Source: an uncultured Pseudomonadota bacterium
Lineage (GTDB): Bacteria > Myxococcota_A > UBA796 > SXON01
Direction of reading: 5' to 3'
Assembly (NCBI GenBank): GCA_903959175.1
Contig: CAJBVW010000342.1
Location: 23,432-87,431 of the forward strand
Length of the DNA: 64,000 bases
Part shown: piece after piece, positions 1 through 12,952 of the stretch
Layout of the letters: every line of letters starts with the position of its first letter
Position numbering within the stretch: the stretch's first letter is position 1
Program-made: the position numbers and the translations under genes
Notes under the pieces: generated by a model
What the model was told of the DNA's origin: nothing
The model's database searches: none
What the model saw: the letters and a program-made list of their open reading frames with translations, nothing else

Positions 1-1
1 G

Positions 2-175
2 CGCAAGGAGCTCTTCGACCTCGCGGTGACCCAGGGCCTGCGCGTGTGGGAGCTCACGAAGGAGCGCTCCACCCTCGAGGAGGTGTTCCGGCGCCTCACC
101 GGCTCAGCTGAGGAGAAAGCCGAGGCCGACCAGGGCGACCACGGCGGCGCCGATCAGGTAGAGCCGCGCTCCTGA
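2..175 (+). CDS. ABC transporter ATP-binding subunit, C-terminal fragment (5' end off-window)
   Basis: Frame is open from the window edge to TGA 173-175. The tail ...GLRVWELTKERSTLEEVFRRLTG resembles the usual ...LEEVF.RLT end of ABC ATPases. The last ~70 nt overlap the convergent gene 104-721, so the true 3' end is uncertain. Confidence 0.45.
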   Translation, partial: RKELFDLAVTQGLRVWELTKERSTLEEVFRRLTGSAEEKAEADQGDHGGADQVEPRS

Positions 176-721
176 CGGCGTGGGCGCCGCTGCGGCCCGC
201 GGGGTCAGGACCGGCGGGGGAGCGACGACGGGTCGCGCGGGCCCGACCGGCGGCGCGGGCGCGACGGCCTCTACCGGCAGGGCGGCCGCGGGCACCGGAC
301 GCGTCGCGACCGGGTCGGTGACCTCGAAGCGCGCCGGAGGGCGCACGCGCTGGCTGGACGGCTCCGCGGCGGGCGGGCGGCCCCACCCCGCGAGCTTGCG
401 CGTGCCCGCCATCGGCGCGAGGTCCCCACCGAGGAGCCGGAACACGACCGCGAACTCGGGGTAGCCGCCGACGAGCTCCCAGGGGCCACCGTCGTGACGC
501 ACGCGCGTCCCCGGGGTGAGCTGGCCGAGGTAGATGCCCTCGCGGATGGCGTAGCGGGACATCCGACGCGGCGCCGCGCCGGCGCCCGGCTGCACGTCGA
601 ACACGGAGACCGACCGCGAGGTCGTCGGCACGAGGAACGGGGTCATGCATGCGGGGCACACGGCTTCGGTGCCGGAGGACCCCTCCAGGCTCGCGCCGCA
701 CTCCGGGCAGTCCACCAACAT
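104..721 (-). CDS. Zinc-ribbon / GYF-like / Pro-rich / C-terminally TM-anchored protein (hypothetical)
   Basis: ORF-track 205 aa. N-terminal CPECG...CPAC zinc-ribbon pair. A segment RYAIREGIYLGQLTPGTRVRHDGGPWELVGGYPEFAVVF resembles GYF_2/DUF4339 domains. Pro/Ala-rich linker, then a terminal hydrophobic helix LYLIGAAVVALVGLGFLL. Confidence 0.6.
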   Translation of the reverse strand: MLVDCPECGASLEGSSGTEAVCPACMTPFLVPTTSRSVSVFDVQPGAGAAPRRMSRYAIREGIYLGQLTPGTRVRHDGGPWELVGGYPEFAVVFRLLGGDLAPMAGTRKLAGWGRPPAAEPSSQRVRPPARFEVTDPVATRPVPAAALPVEAVAPAPPVGPARPVVAPPPVLTPRAAAAPTPSGARLYLIGAAVVALVGLGFLLS

Positions 722-856
722 GGAGGGGATCGTAGCGCGTCGAGGGGCCGCGCGGGGAGCGCCCTGCCCATCTGCCCCCGCGGCAGCACGCGTCCGCGCG
801 TGTCTGTCCGCCCCGATCCAGAGCCGGAGTTAACTTCGTGCCAGCCAGGGGGAGGA

Positions 857-2695
857 GTGTCGCTTGCGCCGCTCGTGTTCGGGACCGCCGGACACGTGGA
901 CCATGGGAAGACCTCGCTGGTGAAGGCGCTGACCGGCGTCGATCTCGACCGTCTCCCCGAGGAGAAGCAGCGCGGCATCACCATCGCGCTGGGCTTCACG
1001 CCGCTGACGCTGCCGAGCGGTCGCATCGCCGGCCTCGTGGACGTGCCGGGCCACGAGCGGCTGGTCCGCACGATGATCGCCGGCGCGAGCGGCCTCGACG
1101 CCGTGATCCTCTGCGTGAGCGGGGTCGAGGGCGTCATGCCGCAGACCCGCGAGCACCTCGACATCCTCGGGCTCCTCGGCGTGCGCACGGGCGTCGTCGC
1201 GGTCACGATGGCAGACCTCGTCGACCCCGAGCTGCTCGGCCTCTGCGTGGAGGAGATCGGCGAGCAGGTGCGCGGCACCTTCCTCGAGGGCGCGCCGGTG
1301 CTCCCGGTCAGCTCGGTCACGCGCGCCGGCCTGGACGCCCTGGTCGCCGCGCTCGACGCCGTGGTGCCGCCGCCCCGCCCGATGGACCGCCCCTTTCGCC
1401 TCCCGGTCGATCGCGCGTTCGCACGCAAGGGCTTCGGCACCGTCGTGACCGGGACCGCGTGGTCGGGGCGGCTCGCGGACGGCGCGGAGGTCGAGATCCA
1501 GCCCGGCGGTCGGCGCGCGCGGGTGCGCGGCGTCCAGGTGCACGGGGCGAGCGTGACGGAGGCCTACGCGGGCGCCCGCACCGCGCTGAACCTCGCGGGG
1601 GTGGAGCTCGAGGAAGTGGGCCGCGGAAGCTGGATCACGGCGCCGGGCGCGCTCCCCGCGCCGCGGGTGATCGACGCGCGCTACACCCACCTCGCGGACG
1701 CCCCGCTCTTCGCCGAAGAGGCGCGCCTGACCGTGCTCCTCGGCACCCGCGAGGTCGAGGCCCGCGTGGTCCCGCTCGACGCGGAGGGCCTCGTCCCCGG
1801 CGAGACCTGCCACGTACAGATCCGCCTCGGCGAGCCCCTCCCCTGCCTCCCCGGCGATCGCTTCGTCGTACGCCGCGCCTCCCCCGCCGCGACCGTGGGC
1901 GGGGGCGTCGTGCTCGACCCCTACGCGCACGTCGCGCGCCGCCGTGACGCCGCCGCCGCCGCCGCGATCCTCGACCGCATCGAGGCGGGCGACGACGAGG
2001 CCTGGCTCCTCCGCGCCGGGGCCGCCGGGCTCTCGGACACGGACGTGGCCGCGCGTATCGGGGCCGCGGGCAGGACGGGCGTGAAGATCGGCGAGCGCTG
2101 GTTCGCCAGCGAGATCGCCGACGCCCACCGCGCCGCCCTCCACGCCGCCGTCGCCGCGTGGCACCGCGACCACCCCCTCGCCAGCGGCGCCAACCGCAAG
2201 GCGCTCCGGGGCGGCGTCCTCCTCGCCCTCGCGGAGCGGGACTACCTCGCCCTCCTCGACGCCGAGGTCGCCTCCGGGCGCCTCGTCGCGGACGGGGGCC
2301 GGGTGCGCGCCGCCGGGCACGTCGTGGCGCTCACCCCGGCGCAGGCCGCGTGGCGCGATCGCGCTCTCGCCCACCTCACCGCGGCCGGCCTCGAGGGCAG
2401 CTCGGACCTCCGCGAGGCCGCCCCGGAGCCCGCGTACGACGCTCTCGTCTACCTCCTCCGCGAGCGTGGAGAGGCCGAGGCCATCGGCGATCGCCTCTGG
2501 TCCGGGGCCGTGCTCGCCACGCTCGTCGAGCGCGTGCGCGGATGGTTCGACACCAACGCCACCCTCGACCCCGCCTGCTTCAAGGAGCTCACCGGCCTCT
2601 CGCGCCGCACGGCCATCCCGCTCCTGGAGTGGCTCGACGCGCGGGGGACGACGAAGCGCGTGGGGGACGCCCGCATCCGCGGCGTGGCGCGGTAG
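857..2695 (+). CDS. selB: Selenocysteine-specific translation elongation factor SelB
   Basis: GTPase motifs FGTAGHVDHGKTSL, DRLPEEKQRGITI and DVPGHERL, followed by a C-terminal winged-helix-like tail (RRTAIPLLEWLDARGTTKRVGDARI) as in SelB. ORF-track frame 494-2695 was trimmed to the in-frame GTG at 857, directly after a GGGGGAGGAG purine run. The 121 upstream codons are Arg/Pro/Gly-rich and overlap gene 104-721. Confidence 0.88.
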   Translation: MSLAPLVFGTAGHVDHGKTSLVKALTGVDLDRLPEEKQRGITIALGFTPLTLPSGRIAGLVDVPGHERLVRTMIAGASGLDAVILCVSGVEGVMPQTREHLDILGLLGVRTGVVAVTMADLVDPELLGLCVEEIGEQVRGTFLEGAPVLPVSSVTRAGLDALVAALDAVVPPPRPMDRPFRLPVDRAFARKGFGTVVTGTAWSGRLADGAEVEIQPGGRRARVRGVQVHGASVTEAYAGARTALNLAGVELEEVGRGSWITAPGALPAPRVIDARYTHLADAPLFAEEARLTVLLGTREVEARVVPLDAEGLVPGETCHVQIRLGEPLPCLPGDRFVVRRASPAATVGGGVVLDPYAHVARRRDAAAAAAILDRIEAGDDEAWLLRAGAAGLSDTDVAARIGAAGRTGVKIGERWFASEIADAHRAALHAAVAAWHRDHPLASGANRKALRGGVLLALAERDYLALLDAEVASGRLVADGGRVRAAGHVVALTPAQAAWRDRALAHLTAAGLEGSSDLREAAPEPAYDALVYLLRERGEAEAIGDRLWSGAVLATLVERVRGWFDTNATLDPACFKELTGLSRRTAIPLLEWLDARGTTKRVGDARIRGVAR

Positions 2696-2721
2696 CGCGG
2701 GCGTGTAGACTGCGACCGACG

Positions 2722-4944
2722 ATGGACCTCGCCCGCCTCAAGTCCCTCCTGCCCCCGACGCTCGCCGGCCAGGCGGACGTGGCGTGGCGCCGGTTCGTCG
2801 CGCGCAACCGCGACGGGGACGTGAACGACTTCGTCGCCGCCCTCCACGCAGACGGGCACCTCGACGCCGACCAGCTCCGCGAGGTCCTCGCCTCGCTCGA
2901 CGTGACGCTCACCCTCTCCGAGGGCGTCTCCAGCGGTCCGGCAACCCGCCACCGCCTCCTCGGGCTGCTCGGCAAGGGGGCGATGGGCGAGGTGTTCATC
3001 GGGCGCGACCGCGATCTCCGTCGTAACGTCGCGATCAAACGGATGGACGCGCGGCTCTCGAAGAACCCGATCCTGACGGCCCGGTTCGCGCACGAGGTGC
3101 AGATCACGGCGCAGCTCGATCACCCCGCGATCATCCCCGTCTACGGCCTGGAGCCCCAGGAGGACGGGGCCCTCGCCTACTCGATGAAGCTCATCCGCGG
3201 GCGCACGCTGAAGCAGGTGTTGACGGAGGCTCGGGACCTCGTGGAGAAGCGCCGCCGGCTCCCGCCGCAGCTCGCGCTCGCGGCGCGCCTCGAGATCTTC
3301 CTCCAGGTGTGCAGCGCGGTGGCGCACGCCCACACGCGCGGCGTCATCCACCGCGACCTGAAGCCCGACAACATCATGGTGGGGGCCTTCCAGGAGGTCA
3401 TCGTGATGGACTGGGGGCTCGCCCGGCTGATGGGCGGCACCGAGGCCATCACCGAGGAGGACGCCCCGAGCGGGCGCGCGGAGCGCACCCAGTTCGGCCT
3501 GGCCCTCGGCACGCCGCGGTACATGTCGCCGGAGCAGGCGCACGGACGGAACGACGCGCTCGACGGGCGGAGTGACCAATACGGGCTCGGGCTCATCCTG
3601 TTCGAGCTGGTGGGCCTCAAGGTGGCGCGCACCGGAAAAGGCGCCGAGCTCGTACTGAAGAAGGCGGCGAAGGGCGAGAAGGAGCCCCTCGTCCACCTCA
3701 ACCCGAACGACCGCGTGCCCCGCGAGCTCGCCGCCGTCGTGCGCCGCGCCACCCAGCTCGACCCCGCGCGCCGCTACGCCGACGTCGCCGCCCTGGCCGA
3801 CGACGTGCGCCGCTACCTCCGCGACGAGGCCGTGCTCGCCGAGCCGGACAGCCTCGCGCAGCGCCTCGCCCGGAGCGTCGCGCGCCACCGCCAGACCGCC
3901 CTCGCCGTCGGCGTCGGCCTCGCGCTCCTCGTGTTGTTGACCGGCGCGCTCGGGGTGCTCGCCGCGGTCGGCGTGCGCGAGTTCTCCCGGCAAGGGGCCC
4001 TCGATCGAGAGCAGAAGCTGGCTTCCCTCCTCGGCGAGACGGCGGGGAACTCGCACCGAATGGAGACGACGCTCCTCCGCTTCGAGGGGCTCCTCCAGGG
4101 GCTCGCCACCACCGCCGAGGCCCGCCTCACCGACCCCCCGGTGCCGCGGCCCTACTTCCTCGCGGAGCTGTTCAGCCTGCCCGGCAAGGGCCCCGGCGAT
4201 CTCGTGCCCGCGCCCTTCTACGACGCCCGGGTCAGCCTCGAGCAGCCCGACGTCGTGCTCGCCCCCGGGGTGAGCGCCGCCAGCGTCAACGGCCGCATCG
4301 AGCAGCTCGTCGCGCTGACCCCCGTGTTCCGGGACGTGCACCGCCGCAGCGCCGACGAGGACCCGCGCTGGGCCGAGCGCCTGCGCGCGACGGGCGTGCC
4401 CATCGTGTGGTCCTACGTCGCGACGGAAGAGGGGATCCTCGTCGGCTACCCGGGCGCCGGTATCTACCCCACCGGCTACGACCCCCGGCAGCAGGACTGG
4501 TACCGCGCGACGGTCCCGACGAAGGGCCCGCACTGGGAGCCCGCCTCCCTCGACGAGAGCGGGCTGGGCTTGCTCGTCACCTCTACCCGTGCGCTCCGCG
4601 ATGCCGACGGGAAGCTGCTCGGGGTGGCCGCGGTCGACATCACCGTGGGCTACCTCCTCGACGCCCTCCTCGCGCCCGCCGCCTTCGACGCGCCGGTCGA
4701 GGCGTGGATCGTGAACGCGCAGGGCCAGGTGGTCGTGCGCTCGAGCCAGCGCGATCAGGCCCGGAGCGTGCGCGACTGGAGGGCGCCGCCGTTCCCCTTC
4801 CCCGCCGTGCTGGGCGCGGTCGCGGTCAACCCGGACGCCGGGCACGTCGTCTCCGACGGCACGTTGTGGGTGTGGAGCGCGCTGCCGACCATGGGCTGGT
4901 CCTACCTCGTGTCGGGGGACGAAGCGGCGCTGCTCGGCGGCTGA
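2722..4944 (+). CDS. Membrane Ser/Thr protein kinase with extracytoplasmic Cache-like sensor domain
   Basis: ATG 2722, 27 nt after the selB stop. Hanks kinase motifs GKGAMGEVF, VAIKRM, HRDLKPDNIMV, DWGLARL and GTPRYMSPEQ. One TM helix (ALAVGVGLALLVLLTGALGVLAAVGV). The C-terminal half has a Cache-like signature (YDPRQQDWYR ... LLVTSTRALRDADGKLLGVAAVDI). Confidence 0.9.
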   Translation: MDLARLKSLLPPTLAGQADVAWRRFVARNRDGDVNDFVAALHADGHLDADQLREVLASLDVTLTLSEGVSSGPATRHRLLGLLGKGAMGEVFIGRDRDLRRNVAIKRMDARLSKNPILTARFAHEVQITAQLDHPAIIPVYGLEPQEDGALAYSMKLIRGRTLKQVLTEARDLVEKRRRLPPQLALAARLEIFLQVCSAVAHAHTRGVIHRDLKPDNIMVGAFQEVIVMDWGLARLMGGTEAITEEDAPSGRAERTQFGLALGTPRYMSPEQAHGRNDALDGRSDQYGLGLILFELVGLKVARTGKGAELVLKKAAKGEKEPLVHLNPNDRVPRELAAVVRRATQLDPARRYADVAALADDVRRYLRDEAVLAEPDSLAQRLARSVARHRQTALAVGVGLALLVLLTGALGVLAAVGVREFSRQGALDREQKLASLLGETAGNSHRMETTLLRFEGLLQGLATTAEARLTDPPVPRPYFLAELFSLPGKGPGDLVPAPFYDARVSLEQPDVVLAPGVSAASVNGRIEQLVALTPVFRDVHRRSADEDPRWAERLRATGVPIVWSYVATEEGILVGYPGAGIYPTGYDPRQQDWYRATVPTKGPHWEPASLDESGLGLLVTSTRALRDADGKLLGVAAVDITVGYLLDALLAPAAFDAPVEAWIVNAQGQVVVRSSQRDQARSVRDWRAPPFPFPAVLGAVAVNPDAGHVVSDGTLWVWSALPTMGWSYLVSGDEAALLGG

Positions 4945-5055
4945 AGGTCGCGCGTGGAGCCCGCCGCGGACGCCGCGCGTGCGTCGATGCACCAGCGACG
5001 GCGCGAAACACACCTGGACGCCGCCAGGGACACCCGTGCTACGCTCCCCACCCGA

Positions 5056-6113
5056 ATGCTTGCCGCCGCACTTGCCCTCTTCGTCGCCCTCTCCGGGATG
5101 TTCCTTCCGACCGCCGCAGCGGCGGACGGGCCCACCGGCATCCTGAAGGTTCGCAGCAACGTGGAGGGCGCCGAGGTCTGGCTGGACGGCGCCCTGCTCG
5201 GCGCGACCCCTCTCACGAAGTACCTCGCCGTCGGCGCGCACCAGATCCGCGTCGTTGCCGACCGCTACGACCCCTTCGTGCGCCGCGTGGAGATCGCCGA
5301 AGACAAGACCCTCGAGGTACAGGCCTCGCTCACCCCCGGCACCGGCACCATCGAGTTCACCGGCCCGCCCGGGGCCCGCCTCCTGCTCGACGGCACGGAT
5401 CGAGGCCCGCTCCCCATCCGCCTCCCCGGCCCGAACCCCGGCACGCACGCGTGGCGGGTCGAGGCCCCGAAGTTCGAGCCCGCGGAGGGCCGCATCGAGT
5501 TCGTGGGCGGTAGGAACTACCTCGTGGACGTGAAGCTCCCCTCCTCCCGCGGCGTCTTCGTGGTCGAGTCCACGCCGGCCGGCGCCACCGTCTCCCTCGA
5601 CGGCAAGAACGTCGGCGCCACCCCGCTCCGGCTCGAGAACATCGAACCCGGGCGCCACGTCGTCCTCGTCACCCACCCCGACCGCGCCGCCATCCTCCGC
5701 GTGGTCGACACGACGGACGGCACCCGCGGCGAGGTCAAGGCCACGCTCCCCACGACTGGCGGCGTCCTCGACATCACGACGGGCAGCACCGACGCGCAGG
5801 TGCTCCTCGACGGCGCGCCCGTCGGCGCCGGCGCCCACGTCACGGTCGGGCCCTTCGAGAAGGGCAAGATGAAAGTACAGGTCCTCGTAGGCGACCGCAA
5901 GGTCACCGACACCGTCAGCGTCCCGGCGCGCGGCACCGTCGCCCTCCGCGTCGCGGGGGACTCGCTCCTCGAGCGCAAGCCGCTCGTCCAACGCTGGGGC
6001 TTCTGGGCCATCGTCGGCGGGGCCGCCGTCGCGGGCGGCGCCACCACCGCGGCCGTCGTCGTCGCCACCGCGCCCGAGCCCCCTCCCACCGGTGACACCG
6101 TGGTGGTCCTCCC

Positions 6114-6117
<4 letters not shown>
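5056..6117 (+). CDS. PEGA domain-containing secreted/membrane-anchored protein
   Basis: Internal ATG 5056 gives the signal peptide MLAAALALFVALSGMFLPTAAAA. Repeated PEGA-type patterns (EGAEVWLDGALLGATPL, PGARLLLDGTDRGPLP, AGATVSLDGKNVGATPL, DAQVLLDGAPVG). C-terminal TM helix WGFWAIVGGAAVAGGA. The stop overlaps the next start (ATGA at 6114-6117). Confidence 0.85.
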
Positions 6118-10064
<3,947 letters not shown>

Positions 10065-10145
10065 CGGGGCCGCGCGCGCGGCGCGGCTGACCGACGGGTC
10101 GCGCCGGGAGACGGGAACGTGCCCCGCCTCCCGCGCGACGCCCGA

Positions 10146-11477
10146 CTACCGGGGAGGCGGCGGGGGCGGCGGGCCACCGCCGAGGAGGCCGGCGATCTCG
10201 GCGACCTCGCGGGCGTCCTTCCAGTTGGCGTAGCCGTCGCGCCACACGAGGTGGCGACCAGCGGGGTCGGCCTTGACGCGATCCGCCACGTCGGCGGGCC
10301 CGAGCGTCGCGCTGGAGCCGTCCGGCGCGGCGTAGTGGAAGGTGATCGCCGAAGGGAGCGGTGGCGGGACCGGCGGCAGGAGCGCGCTGATCTCGGCCAC
10401 ATCGGACCACACCTTCCAGCCCGGCCAGCCCGCGGCCCACACGTTGTGCGCGCCCGCGCGATTCTGCTGGACGAACGCGGCGATCTCGCGCGCAGTGTGC
10501 TCACCCTGGCCGCCCGCGCCGTTGTAGTGGAAGCGCGTCTCCGCCTGGGGCGGCGGCGGCGGCGCCGAGAGGCCGGCGTGCGGGCTCACCGTGCCCGGCC
10601 CCTGCTGGGCGCGGCCGAGCTGCTGCCCCATGGCGTTGCCCATCGCGAGGCCGAGGCCCGCCTCGAGCATGGCGCCGCCGCCGCCCGGGCGGCTCGAAGC
10701 CTGTTCCATGGCGTTGGCGGCCTGGAACTGGGTGTAGGTGTTCATGTCGCCCGCGAGCGCCATGGACGAGCGCTTGTCCATCATCTTCTCGACTTCGGGC
10801 GGGACCGAGATGTTCTCGACCACGAAGTCCGTGAGGGTGATGCCGTAGTTCTCCTGGAACCAGCCGTTCAGGCGCTGGCGGAGGGCGTCCCCGAGGTCCA
10901 TGTACTGGGCCACGAGGTCGAGCGCGGGGATCTTGGACTCGCCGATGGTGTCCGCGAGGGCGCTCACGAGCTTGCGCTTGAGCTGGCCGTTGATCTCGTC
11001 CGTCGTGTAGAGGCCGGCCGTGCCGACCACCTCGCGGATGAACGCGGCGGGGTCGGTGATGCGGTAGGCGAACACGCCGAAGGCGCGAATGCGGACGACG
11101 CCGAGATCCGCATCACGCAGCATGAGGGGGTTGGCGGTGCCCCACTTCTGGTCCGTGTTCTGCCGCGTGGAGACGAAGTACACGTCCCCCTTGTAGGGCA
11201 TGTTCAGGCCGTACTTGATGCTCTCGAAGAAGCCGCTGACGGCCTTCGTGCGCGTGGAGAGCTCGTAGGTGCCGGGGCCGAACACGTCGGACAGGCGGCC
11301 CTCCGCGACGAACACCGCCGCCTGACCCTCCCGCACGACCAGCTTGCCTCCGTCCTGGATGGCCTGGTTGAAGATGGGGAAGCGGTACACGAGGGTGTTC
11401 TTCGTGTCGTCCATCCACTGGATGACATCGAGGAACTGTGCCTTGGCGTGGGTGGTGAGAGTGTCCCAGAGACCCAT
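10146..11477 (-). CDS. SPFH/band-7-like (virion-core-protein-like) protein with two C-terminal GYF_2-type domains
   Basis: The 911-aa read-through ORF was trimmed to ATG 11477, preceded by GGAGG with an 8-nt spacer. The N-terminal 300 aa (MGLWDTLTTHAKAQFLDVIQW...GVVRIRAFGVFAYRI...VVENISVPPEVEKMMDK) are SPFH-like. Two W-rich modules follow a Gly/Pro linker (HNVWAAGWPGWKVWSDVAEISALL and HLVWRDGYANWKDAREVAEIAGLL), then a poly-Pro tail. Confidence 0.85.
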   Translation of the reverse strand: MGLWDTLTTHAKAQFLDVIQWMDDTKNTLVYRFPIFNQAIQDGGKLVVREGQAAVFVAEGRLSDVFGPGTYELSTRTKAVSGFFESIKYGLNMPYKGDVYFVSTRQNTDQKWGTANPLMLRDADLGVVRIRAFGVFAYRITDPAAFIREVVGTAGLYTTDEINGQLKRKLVSALADTIGESKIPALDLVAQYMDLGDALRQRLNGWFQENYGITLTDFVVENISVPPEVEKMMDKRSSMALAGDMNTYTQFQAANAMEQASSRPGGGGAMLEAGLGLAMGNAMGQQLGRAQQGPGTVSPHAGLSAPPPPPQAETRFHYNGAGGQGEHTAREIAAFVQQNRAGAHNVWAAGWPGWKVWSDVAEISALLPPVPPPLPSAITFHYAAPDGSSATLGPADVADRVKADPAGRHLVWRDGYANWKDAREVAEIAGLLGGGPPPPPPPR

Positions 11478-11589
11478 GAGCAAAACCTCCGCAGGGGGTG
11501 CAAGCGTTAACCAGATACACACCCGATGCTCGCCGGCAAGCGCCACGGTGTCGCGACCTCCGGATCGGCATCCGGGCGCGTAGGGACGC

Positions 11590-11985
11590 TCACTCCGGCG
11601 CCGGGAAGTAGGGCTCCCCCTCCCCCGGCGCGCCCGGCGCCTCGCAGAGCCCGATGCGGTTCCCCTCGGGGTCGAGCACGAGCGCCACGCGCCCGCCGTC
11701 CGGCGAGGGCCCGGGCCGCACCAACGCGCGCCCCCCGAGCGCGACGGCCCGGGGAAGCGCCTCCTCCAGGCTCGCGACCCCGACGAAGATCTCGGGGCCC
11801 GCGGTCGAGGGCTCCCCCTGCCGGAAGACCCCGCACAGGCCGCCCGGCGTGCGGAAGCCGAGCCCGAGCGCGCCCGGCCGACCCACGCGCCAGCCGAACA
11901 ACGCCGCGTAGAAGCACGCGGCCCGCGCGGGATCCCGCGCGTGGATGCGCAGCAGCACCACCTCTCCCGCCCCGGTTCGCCCCAT
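11590..11985 (-). CDS. VOC (glyoxalase/bleomycin-resistance fold) family protein
   Basis: 131-aa ORF. AACFYAALFGWRV ... GGRVALVLDPEGNRIGL is the typical pattern of the small VOC fold. Confidence 0.7.
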   Translation of the reverse strand: MGRTGAGEVVLLRIHARDPARAACFYAALFGWRVGRPGALGLGFRTPGGLCGVFRQGEPSTAGPEIFVGVASLEEALPRAVALGGRALVRPGPSPDGGRVALVLDPEGNRIGLCEAPGAPGEGEPYFPAPE

Positions 11986-12040
11986 GGATCGGATCTATAC
12001 CCGAACGCATGTTCAGTCCACCCCGTCCCTGCGGATGGGG

Positions 12041-12952
12041 TCAGCGCCGGGCGTTCACGAAGTAGGCGGCCATGCCGCGAAGCTGGTCGGAGGCGTCCTC
12101 GTCCTTGCGAACGGCCGCGTAGAGCGGGGCGGCGTCCGTCACGTTCCCGCGGCGGCGCAGGAGATCCGCGAGCTGGTAGGTGACGCGCGCCTTCTCCGAC
12201 GCCGGGAGGGCGGTCGCGAGCGCGGCGCTGTAGTGCGCGATGACCTCGTCCTGTAGGCCCGGCTCGACCACGAGCGCGATGCGGCGGAAGCGCGCGAGCG
12301 CGTCCTTCTCCTGCGCGGTGAGCGTCCCCGCCGTCTCGAAGGCGGTGAGGAGCGCGTCCCGCTCTCCGTTCCACCCGCCGCGGTGCGCTACGCGCGCGAG
12401 GTTGTAGAGGACCTTCTTGCGATCCACCTCGGCGAGCGGCTTCTTCAGCTCCTCCCAGCCTGCGTCGAGCAGCACGCGCGCGGCCTCCGGGCCCTCGAGG
12501 CCCGCGTAGAAACCCACGGCCTCGTCCCGCGCGGCCCAGCTCGCCTCGAGGAGAAGATCCCCGAGGAAGACCCTGTCCTTCCCGAGCGTCGCGTACAGCG
12601 CGGCCGCGACGTGGTACCGCTCCCAGATCGTCGGCGCCTTCGGGTCCGCCACGCCGCGCACGGCGGCAGGGAGCGCCGCGGTGAGGCGCGCGCGGTCGGC
12701 GGTGGTGAGGGAGAGGAAGTCCTGGCCGCGCAACGAGAAGAGGTTGTCCGCGCAGGTGGCGATCTGGTAGGCGCGCCACTGGCCGCCGCTGGAGTAGGAG
12801 GCAAGATCCGAGTCGTAGCCACCCGCGGCGTTGGAGCTGATCTTCTGGTAGACACGCACCGTGCCGGAGCCGACCGGGCACGGGCCGTCCCGGGCCTCGA
12901 TCTGGATGGCGGAGGCGGGGCCAGCGAGGAGGACGAGGAGGAGGAAGGTCAT
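12041..12952 (-). CDS. Secreted hypothetical protein (helical repeat-like)
   Basis: 303 aa with signal peptide MTFLLLVLLAGPASA. Helix-rich, with no motif I can name. The start overlaps the upstream stop by 4 nt (12949-12952), implying translational coupling with the usp gene. Confidence 0.65.
   Translation of the reverse strand: MTFLLLVLLAGPASAIQIEARDGPCPVGSGTVRVYQKISSNAAGGYDSDLASYSSGGQWRAYQIATCADNLFSLRGQDFLSLTTADRARLTAALPAAVRGVADPKAPTIWERYHVAAALYATLGKDRVFLGDLLLEASWAARDEAVGFYAGLEGPEAARVLLDAGWEELKKPLAEVDRKKVLYNLARVAHRGGWNGERDALLTAFETAGTLTAQEKDALARFRRIALVVEPGLQDEVIAHYSAALATALPASEKARVTYQLADLLRRRGNVTDAAPLYAAVRKDEDASDQLRGMAAYFVNARR

Noticed and set aside
494-856. N-terminal 121-codon extension of selB
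   Set aside because: The sequence is Arg/Gly/Pro-rich, overlaps the convergently oriented zinc-ribbon gene start region, and lies upstream of the G1 motif by far more than in known SelB proteins. GTG 857 gives the expected length.
2449-5991. 1180-aa minus-strand ORF
   Set aside because: It spans, in antisense, the selB 3' end, the kinase and the PEGA gene, all of which have clear motifs. Its own translation is Arg/Gly/Ala/Glu-rich with no recognisable domain. This is a typical high-GC shadow ORF.
10146-12881. 911-aa read-through ORF suggesting one giant minus-strand gene
   Set aside because: Only the last 443 codons (from ATG 11477, which has an SD) look like a protein (SPFH plus GYF-like). 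The upstream part is Arg/Gly/Pro-rich and overlaps other frames of the VOC and secreted-protein genes.
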